A stretch of DNA of 26,169 bases from a virus, in UHGV virus genome UHGV-0156931; one strand, 5' to 3'. The translations under genes were made by a program, and so were the position numbers. Positions within the stretch are counted from its first letter, which is position 1; each line of letters starts with the position of its first letter. Below the pieces are notes generated by a model. That model was not told the DNA's origin, did no database searches, and saw only the letters and a list, made by a program, of their open reading frames with translations. Shown piece after piece: positions 1-6,952 of this stretch.

Positions 1-49
1 TTAGCAAGGTTGTGTACATTTGTACACAATTGCAGAGAGAGGAAATGAC

Positions 50-586
50 ATGCGTCGCGCTAACGATCCGCAACGGCGAGAAAAAATTATCCAGGCCACG
101 CTGGAGGCGGTGAAACTTTACGGAATACATGCTGTTACGCACCGCAAAATTGCTACCCTTGCCGGGGTACCGTTGGGATCGATGACCTACTATTTTTCAG
201 GAATTGATGAGTTGTTACTGGAGGCGTTCAGCAGTTTTACTGAGATCATGTCCCGGCAATATCAGGCATTTTTTAGCGATGTTAGTGATGCTCCGGGCGC
301 ATGCCAGGCTATCACCGATATGATCTACAGCTCACAGGTTGCAACGCCGGATAACATGGAGCTGATGTACCAGCTCTACGCGCTGGCTAGCCGAAAACCG
401 CTATTAAAAACGGTAATGCAAAACTGGATGCAGCGCAGTCAGCAAACGCTCGAACAATGGTTTGAACCCGGAACCGCCCGCGCGCTTGATGCGTTTATTG
501 AGGGGATGACGCTGCATTTTGTCACCGACCGTAAGCCGCTATCGCGCGAGGAGATTTTGAGGATGGTTGAGAGGGTTGCAGGGTAG
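50..586 (+). CDS. TetR/AcrR-family transcriptional regulator (flanking host gene, outside the prophage)
   Basis: ORF 20..586 begins at TTG; first ATG at 50 is preceded by GAGAGGAAA. N-terminal HTH region ([37 protein letters not shown]) has the TetR-family pattern. Lies left of the integrase 3-prime end. Confidence 0.8.
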
Positions 587-635
587 TAGATAAGTTTTAG
601 ATAACAAAAAACCCATTTATGTAAACGGGTTAATG

Positions 636-667
636 AAAACAATAAGTTAGAGTAAAAACAATAAGTT
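636..667. repeat. Direct repeat AAAACAATAAGTT x2 (636-648, 655-667) in the putative attL region
   Basis: Two identical 13-mers 19 bp apart between the host gene stop (586) and the integrase stop (691). Possible integrase arm-type or IHF-type sites; function inferred only. Confidence 0.3.
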
Positions 668-690
668 GGGTTGGTGGTCAGTGGTGGTTA

Positions 691-1743
691 TTACGGGGTA
701 ATGCCAACCGCTGCCGCCACTTTGTCGCCACTTGGCAGCGTTGCCAGAGGATTGAAACGGAGCGCCGTTTCCAGATGATCCGGTGCCAGATGTGCGTAAC
801 GCATAGTCATTTTTATATCGTGGTGTCCGAGAATTTTTTGTAAGGCCAGAATGTTTCCACCCGACATCATGAAGTGCGCCGCAAACGTATGGCGCAGAAC
901 GTGTGTGAGTTGACCGCGAGGGAGCACGATAGACGTTTTTTCCATCACGGATAAAAATTGAAAATAGCAGTCTGTGAAGAAATTGAACCCATCAAGCGCC
1001 ATGATCTCTTCGTAAAGCTCTTTACTGATAGGGATGCTTCTGTTTTTCTTCCCCTTCGTTCTTACAAAGGTAATTCGGTATTTGGTCACCTGTGAGCGGG
1101 TAAGATTTACGGCTTCTCGCCAGCGTGCGCCTGTGCTTAAGCATATCTTAACTACCAGTGCCAGAATTGGCTCCTGACGTTTGCAATCAGCCAGTAATTC
1201 AACAATCTGCTCATGGGTAAGCCATGCCATCTCTTTTTCTGCGATGGTGAATTTTCGCATGTTCTCCAGTGGGTTCGGATACGACCATTCGCCCAGGCGG
1301 GATAGTTCGCTAAAAACACTACTTAGATAGCTTTGCTCCAGGTTAATGGTGACCGGGCTTGCTCCTTTCTTCCATTTCTCGCTGAAGTAGATCTCACCTG
1401 TCAGGCGTTTATCTCGATAGTGGGCAAACATTTTAGAGGTTAGATCAGTTGCAAGGGGATTGCCCAGAGCGTCAACCATCAGCAGCAATTTGTCATAGAC
1501 ATGCTGCCCAGCAGTCAGAGATTTACCATGTAGTTTGAACCATAGCTCAACCACGTCTTTCAGTGTTCGACGATCCACTGATTCACCCAGCCAGGGCTTT
1601 GCTTCGGTTTCTTCCATCGTGTGACGCTCAAAAGCCAGTGCTTCGCCTTTGGTGGCGAATTGTTTACGCACACGACGCCCACTACGTCCGGCGGGGTAAC
1701 ATTCGCAAAGCCATTTTCCTGTGGTGAGTTTTCGTACAGCCAT
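691..1743 (-). CDS. int: Tyrosine integrase, P2/186 Int type
   Basis: ORF 691..1821; the internal ATG at 1743 gives MAVRKLTTGKW..., colinear with the P2 Int N-terminus as recalled. C-terminal catalytic region has R...HxLRHT...Y (LTHVLRHTFA...MRYAHL). 3-prime end abuts host DNA, as expected for attL. Confidence 0.93.
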   Translation of the reverse strand: MAVRKLTTGKWLCECYPAGRSGRRVRKQFATKGEALAFERHTMEETEAKPWLGESVDRRTLKDVVELWFKLHGKSLTAGQHVYDKLLLMVDALGNPLATDLTSKMFAHYRDKRLTGEIYFSEKWKKGASPVTINLEQSYLSSVFSELSRLGEWSYPNPLENMRKFTIAEKEMAWLTHEQIVELLADCKRQEPILALVVKICLSTGARWREAVNLTRSQVTKYRITFVRTKGKKNRSIPISKELYEEIMALDGFNFFTDCYFQFLSVMEKTSIVLPRGQLTHVLRHTFAAHFMMSGGNILALQKILGHHDIKMTMRYAHLAPDHLETALRFNPLATLPSGDKVAAAVGITP

Positions 1744-1822
1744 AAAAAATGCCCTCCAGTGGAGAGCATTTTTACTGTATATATAACCAGTGTCAATGTA
1801 TGAATTTGTATAGCCATACATA

Positions 1823-3154
1823 TCACTGAAGTAAAAAAACTTTTAAAGCATCTTTCACAATATTTGTTGGTTCACCAATACCGCCACTACCTTTTAAAAA
1901 ATGGTATTCACTCATTTCTGCCCATTGTCTTTTTATATTTTCCTCAGTAGGTAAAAGAGATGAGTTTTCAGATAAGTATTTGTAAACTATTCCAAATATA
2001 GCATATTCATAATTATCTACATTATATTCACTTGTTTGATATGAAAATTTAGACAAACCAAACAATTTCATGATTGATTGAGCATCAACTTTATCTTCAA
2101 GAAAGTTGAGAGCTAACTCTCGGTTAAAAGTGTAGATTATTATCGCTAGAGTCCTGTAATAACAATATCCATAAATATATTTGTTGCTAATTTTGTCGCC
2201 TGATAGTAGTTGGTATATTTCAACATATCTAGCAAGTGTTTCAACCTCACGTAATGATAATTTACTACTTTCAATGAACTGTAAGAAAATATCTTCGCTG
2301 GCTTCTACTGCAGCGGTCAGCCTTTCAGATTGCTCACATAGCATCATCCAATGATTTTTGGAAGTTAAAGTGTCATTATAATTATCTTCCTTAAAGGTAA
2401 CAGGAAGGCTGTATGTAAATTTTATAAATTTGTCAAGATAACGGTTGGAGTCTACAGAAGAGCCATAGATATGATTTATGGATGCTTTTAGTTGAGTTGT
2501 GTTTGCAATTAATAAAAAGTTAATGTTTTTTATATCAAAAACATGTTTTATATTTTCAATAATAGAAATGGCAAAACTAGGCTTACATCTGTCTAACTCA
2601 TCTATAATTATTGTTAGTTTACTTTCTCCAGCTAATTTGGTTAGTACTTCTTTTAGAGCAAGAACGTTCTTTTGTGCCTCGATATGATCTTCTAACAGAG
2701 CCTCGATGGTTCCATCGATAGCTGAATTTGCAGCGTCTTTGATAACCTCTTCAAATTCCTCATTAATTTCATCCGCATTTTGTTTTAATACCCAACCAGC
2801 ACCAGCTTTGAGTACAGTCTTAAGTCCGAATCTGAGGGCTGGTAATGCCTTAGATATTAATTCCTTTTTTTCATCGCTATTATATAGAGCTGCAATTGCG
2901 GCCATTATTGTAAGTATGGGAGCATCGTTGTGATCTTCAGTAAAAGCATCTATATAAACTACTTTATGATTGGTCGAGTTTATTTCAATTAAGGATGCTA
3001 ACTTTTTTGAAAACTCTGTTTTTCCAGTCCCCCAGTCCCCATCTATGACCATAGGTGAAACAGGAATATTAGACTCTAGCAAACTTATTATTTTTTCTGC
3101 AATGGCTTTTCTTTTATATTCATCACGTATATCGAAAGTTATATCTGTGCTCAT
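1823..3154 (-). CDS. KAP-family P-loop NTPase (accessory cargo in the lysogenic operon)
   Basis: 443 aa. Walker A GDWGTGKT (GxWGxGKT/S is the KAP signature), Walker B IIIDELDRC. RBS AAGGAAA upstream of the ATG at 3154. Visibly AT-rich compared with the phage backbone. Sits between cI and int. Confidence 0.8.
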   Translation of the reverse strand: MSTDITFDIRDEYKRKAIAEKIISLLESNIPVSPMVIDGDWGTGKTEFSKKLASLIEINSTNHKVVYIDAFTEDHNDAPILTIMAAIAALYNSDEKKELISKALPALRFGLKTVLKAGAGWVLKQNADEINEEFEEVIKDAANSAIDGTIEALLEDHIEAQKNVLALKEVLTKLAGESKLTIIIDELDRCKPSFAISIIENIKHVFDIKNINFLLIANTTQLKASINHIYGSSVDSNRYLDKFIKFTYSLPVTFKEDNYNDTLTSKNHWMMLCEQSERLTAAVEASEDIFLQFIESSKLSLREVETLARYVEIYQLLSGDKISNKYIYGYCYYRTLAIIIYTFNRELALNFLEDKVDAQSIMKLFGLSKFSYQTSEYNVDNYEYAIFGIVYKYLSENSSLLPTEENIKRQWAEMSEYHFLKGSGGIGEPTNIVKDALKVFLLQ

Positions 3155-3167
3155 TCATATTTCCTTA

Positions 3168-3350
3168 TTATTTGATGCATGTTTTTTTGGATTTACTGAT
3201 GGTTCCATCATTGCAAACAAATTTTCCATCAGAGGTACAGTGAGAGACACCTCCCTTTTTCCCAGAACAAGGATAATTTTTAGCATAGGTAGTTAGTGGG
3301 TTTAATAACAAAGAGCATGATAAAACCACAAAAAAAAACTTACCAAGCAT
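3168..3350 (-). CDS. Small exported Lys-rich, 4-Cys peptide (60 aa), unknown function
   Basis: N-terminal signal-peptide-like segment [23 protein letters not shown]. Predicted mature ~37 aa with 4 Cys and 8 Lys. GGAGG RBS 5 nt upstream of the ATG. Starts ~15 nt after the cI stop and ends 13 nt before the KAP gene start. Confidence 0.5.
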   Translation of the reverse strand: MLGKFFFVVLSCSLLLNPLTTYAKNYPCSGKKGGVSHCTSDGKFVCNDGTISKSKKTCIK

Positions 3351-3365
3351 AGTTTCCTCCAGGTA

Positions 3366-4022
3366 TTATCTAACATACTTAACTGTTAAGCTTATAATTT
3401 TTCCAATTATTTCAACATCTTCTATCTTGCACTCGAAGGCTCTGTTTCCACCTTCAACGAAAATTCTTCCACCGGGTAAACGAGTGATGTCGCGGATTGT
3501 TATTTCGCCATCAATACTTATTACCCATTTACCATCACGTATATCATCAAATTCTTTATCACAAATAAATTCAGAATTGTTATCTGTGATGACAAAAGGT
3601 TTTTTAAACGTAGAGGGTAGAAATCCCTTATCAAAAATATAAAAACCGTCTTCCTGCAATGCTCCATCAGACAATAAATATTTTACTACTTCTATAGTAT
3701 TTGTATTTGCTGATGCTTGCTTTGAACCATGCCCTGTTGTTAGCCAATTAAGCGAGGTACCCGTTTCAAGGGCGCACTGGATTACCCAATCTGCCGGAAA
3801 AATATCACGCATATAACGCGTTGCCATGGTGCTCTTAGAAACACCTAAATGATCACAGAGAGCCTGACGGGTACCGAACCCGTATGCTTCAACCAAACGT
3901 TCTATGGCTTTCTTACCGCCGCTATTGAAATCCACAAATCCTCCAAAGAAATCCAAAATTCGTTGACAGATTCCAAAAGCGATCTTAAAGTTGAACCAGA
4001 AGTCTTCTTTTGGAGCCTTCAC
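3366..4022 (-). CDS. cI: Immunity repressor, 186 CI type (N-terminal HTH)
   Basis: 218-aa ORF starting at GTG 4022. Segment ERLVEAYGFGTRQALCDHLGVSKSTMATRYMR...CALETGTSLNWLTTGHG matches the HTH region pattern of 186-type CI as recalled. First gene of the leftward operon ending in int. True start may be internal. Confidence 0.8.
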   Translation of the reverse strand: MKAPKEDFWFNFKIAFGICQRILDFFGGFVDFNSGGKKAIERLVEAYGFGTRQALCDHLGVSKSTMATRYMRDIFPADWVIQCALETGTSLNWLTTGHGSKQASANTNTIEVVKYLLSDGALQEDGFYIFDKGFLPSTFKKPFVITDNNSEFICDKEFDDIRDGKWVISIDGEITIRDITRLPGGRIFVEGGNRAFECKIEDVEIIGKIISLTVKYVR

Positions 4023-4080
4023 TACTAATCACGACAAACAACGGCTCGCCACAAGCCATATCTAGAAGGAATGTTGCCTT
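4023..4080. promoter_or_regulatory. Lysis-lysogeny switch region between divergent cI and apl
   Basis: 58-bp gap between start codons of oppositely oriented cI and apl. By analogy with 186, pR/pL and repressor operators are expected here or overlapping the adjacent gene ends. No individual sites were mapped. Confidence 0.4.
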
Positions 4081-4284
4081 ATGACACCTAACATTTCAAT
4101 TACTCTGAATACACCACATGTCACAATCGAACGTTATAGCGAACTGACTGGCCTTTCTATTGATACGATTAACGACATGTTGGCTGATGGCCGACTACCT
4201 CGTCATCGTCTTCGTAAAGACAAAAAACGTGAAAAGGTAATGATTAACCTGGCTGCTCTGACTGTTGATGCTTTGTCTGCTTAA
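4081..4284 (+). CDS. apl: Apl/Cox-type excisionase and switch regulator (small HTH protein)
   Basis: 67 aa, first gene of the rightward operon opposite cI. Basic C-terminal segment ([20 protein letters not shown]). Position and size fit the Cox/Apl family. Confidence 0.75.
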   Translation: MTPNISITLNTPHVTIERYSELTGLSIDTINDMLADGRLPRHRLRKDKKREKVMINLAALTVDALSA

Positions 4285-4348
4285 TAGACGTCTATTTTCG
4301 CAATAAGACGCTGAGTTCGATTTTGCGATAAGTTCGGAATTGAAAACC

Positions 4349-4858
4349 ATGTTTGATTACCAAGTTTCCAAACATCCACATTTTGATGAAGCCTGTCGTG
4401 CATTCGCACTGCGCCACAACCTGGTGCAGCTGGCAGGACGTGCAGGAATGAATGTGCAGATTCTGCGAAACAAGTTGAACCCTGCTCAACCTCATTTATT
4501 AACCGCACCAGAAATTTGGCTGCTTACCGATCTGACTGAAGATTCGACGCTGGTAGATGGCTTTCTGGCTCAGATTCACTGTCTGCCATGTGTACCGATT
4601 AATGAGGTAGCAAAAGAGAAACTGCCACATTACGTCATGAGTGCAACCGCAGAGATCGGACGTGTTGCTGCAGGTGCGGTATCTGGCGATGTAAAAACCA
4701 GTGCAGGTCGTCGTGATGCTATCAGCAGCATTAACTCTGTAACACGACTGATGGCGCTGGCTGCTGTTTCATTGCAGGCCCGTTTACAGGCTAATCCTGC
4801 GATGGCGAGTGCAGTTGATACCGTGACTGGCCTCGGTGCTTCATTCGGTTTGCTGTGA
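4349..4858 (+). CDS. cII: CII-type regulator (phage 186 CII / CP76 family)
   Basis: ORF 4340..4858 begins at TTG; the ATG at 4349 gives 169 aa starting [12 protein letters not shown]..., matching the recalled length and N-terminus of 186 CII. Immediately follows apl. Confidence 0.85.
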   Translation: MFDYQVSKHPHFDEACRAFALRHNLVQLAGRAGMNVQILRNKLNPAQPHLLTAPEIWLLTDLTEDSTLVDGFLAQIHCLPCVPINEVAKEKLPHYVMSATAEIGRVAAGAVSGDVKTSAGRRDAISSINSVTRLMALAAVSLQARLQANPAMASAVDTVTGLGASFGLL

Positions 4859-4865
4859 GGTGCTT

Positions 4866-5099
4866 ATGCTGACGAAAGAACCATCATTTGCATCGCTGCT
4901 GGTAAAACAAAGTCCGGCAATGCACTACGGTCACGGCTGGATTTATTTACCTTGTGGGAAAAAGTGGCATCCAAGTTTTGAATTACAACCCCGGCAACAG
5001 GCTTACCGGGGAAGAAATAAAAAGCGATTCCTACAAAGATTTATGGTTAACGTGGCAAACAACCTGCGAACCAAGCGAAAAGTTTTTCTTGGAAGCTGA
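4866..5099 (+). CDS. Small early protein in the fil position; paralogous 5-prime end to the ORF at 5723
   Basis: ATG at 4866 with GAGGTG upstream. 77 aa, MLTKEPSFASLLVKQSPAMHYGHGWIYLPCGKKWHP... The first ~28 codons lie in a 63-bp segment repeated at 5686-5748. 3-prime end overlaps the convergent antisense ORF 5047..5505. Confidence 0.4.
   Translation: MLTKEPSFASLLVKQSPAMHYGHGWIYLPCGKKWHPSFELQPRQQAYRGRNKKRFLQRFMVNVANNLRTKRKVFLGS
4883..4945. repeat. 63-bp direct repeat, copy 1 (one mismatch versus copy 2)
   Basis: atcatttgcatcgctgctggtaaaacaaagTccggcaatgcactacggtcacggctggat recurs at 5686-5748 with C for T. Coordinates +/-2. Confidence 0.85.
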
Positions 5100-5505
5100 G
5101 GTTTACATCGTCAACCCGACCACAGGCAATAGCAGCTCTTTTGTAGGCAGGGTTTAACAAAGATCCGAATGTTGTGGAGTCAGAGTGATGCAAAGCTTTC
5201 AATTTTTGTGCAATGAACTGTGGAGACAATTCATCCTCGGCGTAAAGCAACTCACCATATTGTCGGCTTTGTACGCTTGCTCGTTCCGCAATAATAGCTG
5301 GTTGCCATACAAGTTGGATTGTTGCGATTACAACAACAGGAAAAGCGAACAACCATTCCAGACCTGTATTAGCAAATACAGCTGTTCCGCTTATAAGTTG
5401 GATTGCTGTCATTAATTTATCAGCTCGACCATGGAACGTTGCTGTCATTAGTTCAAGGTAATAACAGTAGTGTAATTGGAAGTATTCGGAGCTTTGTTTA
5501 GTCAT
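5047..5505 (-). CDS. Antisense-oriented membrane protein (152 aa), candidate moron
   Basis: ATG at 5505 with AGGAAT-type RBS. Hydrophobic segment LEWLFAFPVVVIATIQLVW. Transcribed opposite to the early operon and visibly lower in GC than its flanks. No recognised family. Confidence 0.5.
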   Translation of the reverse strand: MTKQSSEYFQLHYCYYLELMTATFHGRADKLMTAIQLISGTAVFANTGLEWLFAFPVVVIATIQLVWQPAIIAERASVQSRQYGELLYAEDELSPQFIAQKLKALHHSDSTTFGSLLNPAYKRAAIACGRVDDVNLSFQEKLFAWFAGCLPR

Positions 5506-5514
5506 GCCGGATTC

Positions 5515-5595
5515 CTATTTCTTCTCTTGCCCCGGTTCAGGCTGAGGTGCTGGAGCCGGGCGAGGGAGTACATGAAAGTTGTCTGTTTCTGACAT
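5515..5595 (-). CDS. Possible 26-aa Pro-rich peptide upstream of the antisense membrane-protein gene
   Basis: ATG at 5595 with a strong AGGAG RBS (7-nt spacer). Translation MSETDNFHVLPRPAPAPQPEPGQEKK. Stop TAG at 5515-5517, 10 nt before the next ATG. Very short, so it may be chance. Confidence 0.25.
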   Translation of the reverse strand: MSETDNFHVLPRPAPAPQPEPGQEKK

Positions 5596-5685
5596 CAGTT
5601 TTCTCCTTTGAGGGGTAGATGATTGTTAGCACAAATAGTCTACCACTGAGGCACGCGCCGGGCGTGTAGAAAAATTCCCGGCACA

Positions 5686-5748
5686 ATCATTTGCATCGCT
5701 GCTGGTAAAACAAAGCCCGGCAATGCACTACGGTCACGGCTGGATCAT
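5686..5748. repeat. 63-bp direct repeat, copy 2
   Basis: See copy 1. Here the repeat supplies the 5-prime part of ORF 5723..5965. Confidence 0.85.
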
Positions 5749-5965
5749 GGGTGAGGATGGTAAACGCTGGCATCCATGTTATTCACAAGATGAATTGCTG
5801 TCTGAAGTGACCACGAGGAAACGGAGAAAGTCCAAATGTATGCGGCAGAAAGTGAAGTGGTTTATCAGTTTCGTTACAGAGGGGATAGTTATTCAGTACC
5901 TGAAGATGATTTGCTCTGTTGTTATCCGTCGTTGTCGGGCGATGGCAGTTACTTTTTCACACTAA
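5723..5965 (+). CDS. Small early ORF (80 aa), second paralogue of the fil-like gene; extent uncertain
   Basis: MHYGHGWIMGEDGKRWHPCYSQDELL... parallels the copy at 4866 beyond the identical DNA (GKKWHP versus GKRWHP). No good RBS. 3-prime half overlaps ORF 5836..6060 in another frame. Confidence 0.3.
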   Translation: MHYGHGWIMGEDGKRWHPCYSQDELLSEVTTRKRRKSKCMRQKVKWFISFVTEGIVIQYLKMICSVVIRRCRAMAVTFSH

Positions 5966-6060
5966 AGGATGGGACGTTTTTACGGGGAGAGCAGGTTAAA
6001 GAGACGGTACGAAAAAATGTATCTCCCCTTGAGCGTTACCGTAAGAACAAAGAACGATAG
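5836..6060 (+). CDS. Hypothetical early protein (74 aa)
   Basis: ATG with GGAG upstream. Acidic, plausible composition (MYAAESEVVYQFRYRGDSYSVPEDDLL...). Overlaps the previous ORF. Confidence 0.45.
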   Translation: MYAAESEVVYQFRYRGDSYSVPEDDLLCCYPSLSGDGSYFFTLKDGTFLRGEQVKETVRKNVSPLERYRKNKER

Positions 6061-6082
6061 TTGCGTTTTGGGGATATGAATT

Positions 6083-6424
6083 ATGGCAATTAATGGCGCT
6101 GCGGCGACTGTTCCATTAAGCCCCGGTGAACGCCTGAATGGACTTAATCACATTGCGGAATTAAGAGCGAAAGTTTTTGGCCTGAATATTGAGTCAGAGC
6201 TTGAGCGGTTTATTAAAGATATGCGTGATCCACGGGATATCAATAATGAACAAAATAAACGGGCACTGGCTGCCATATTCTTTATGGCAAAAATTCCGGC
6301 TGAACGTCATAGCATCAGCATTAATGAGCTGACCACTGACGAAAAGCGGGAGCTGATTAAAGCAATGAATCATTTTCGTGCAGTGGTGAGCTTATTTCCC
6401 AGACGGCTAACCATGCCGAATTAA
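6083..6424 (+). CDS. Hypothetical early protein (113 aa)
   Basis: Intact ORF in the early operon between cII and A. No recognisable motif. Confidence 0.55.
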   Translation: MAINGAAATVPLSPGERLNGLNHIAELRAKVFGLNIESELERFIKDMRDPRDINNEQNKRALAAIFFMAKIPAERHSISINELTTDEKRELIKAMNHFRAVVSLFPRRLTMPN

Positions 6425-6491
6425 CCAACTAATGAAATTCATGGCGTAAATCCGCCAGGCATCCCTTTATCTAAATTCAGGAGAATTGATT

Positions 6492-6725
6492 ATGCGTAAT
6501 ATTGAAACCCTCACGACTAAAACCGGACCGGATGATGCAGGGCTTAATATTTTACTGACAGAGGCTCGTCTGGAAGAACGCCGGGCAAGGGCTGAAGCAA
6601 TGGCAGCTCGCCTTGATAGCCTGGCGTGTCATATCTCATCCCTTCAGCTAAACCACGTGGAAGCAGCAGAACTACTGCGTGTAACTGCTGAAGCAATCCA
6701 GAACGAAGCGCAGGAGATCCACTAA
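6492..6725 (+). CDS. Hypothetical early protein (77 aa, predicted helical)
   Basis: ATG at 6492 with AGGAG upstream (ORF 6486 begins at TTG). Stop overlaps the next start. Confidence 0.5.
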   Translation: MRNIETLTTKTGPDDAGLNILLTEARLEERRARAEAMAARLDSLACHISSLQLNHVEAAELLRVTAEAIQNEAQEIH

Positions 6726-6952
6726 TGGCTGATGCAATGGATCTCGTACAGCAGCGCGTTGAAGAAGAACGCCAGCGCCATATTCGTGCTGCCCGTGCCA
6801 AAACACCGGGCGTGTCTCGCGTGCTTTGTATTGAATGTGAAGCGCCAATTCCGCCAGCACGACGCCGCGCCATTCCGGGAGTGCAGCTTTGCATTACCTG
6901 CCAGGAAATCGCAGAGCTGAAAGGCAAACATTACAACGGAGGTGCTGTATGA
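6725..6952 (+). CDS. TraR/DksA-family C4 zinc-finger protein
   Basis: 75 aa with CIEC-x17-CITC, the spacing typical of the TraR/DksA C4 zinc finger. Translationally coupled to neighbours on both sides. Confidence 0.75.
   Translation: MADAMDLVQQRVEEERQRHIRAARAKTPGVSRVLCIECEAPIPPARRRAIPGVQLCITCQEIAELKGKHYNGGAV

Noticed and set aside
587-690. tRNA or tmRNA gene at the integration site
   Set aside because: No T-arm or acceptor-stem-like sequence recognisable by eye. The site appears to be intergenic downstream of a protein-coding gene.
3366-4022. LexA/S24-peptidase-type self-cleaving repressor
   Set aside because: No convincing Ser/Lys dyad seen. Gene order and the LexA-controlled DinI-like module point to a 186-type non-cleaved repressor. 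Left unasserted either way.
4954-5415. Plus-strand ORFs 4954-5157 (67 aa) and 5185-5415 (76 aa)
   Set aside because: Overlap the better-supported minus-strand 152-aa ORF (which has an RBS and a clear TM helix), lack RBSs, and have Cys/Asn-rich unprotein-like translations.
6544-6931. Several minus-strand ORFs of 62-127 aa
   Set aside because: Overlap the coupled early genes (6492-6952) on the opposite strand, have no RBS, and show Arg/Ser-rich low-complexity translations typical of antisense frames.
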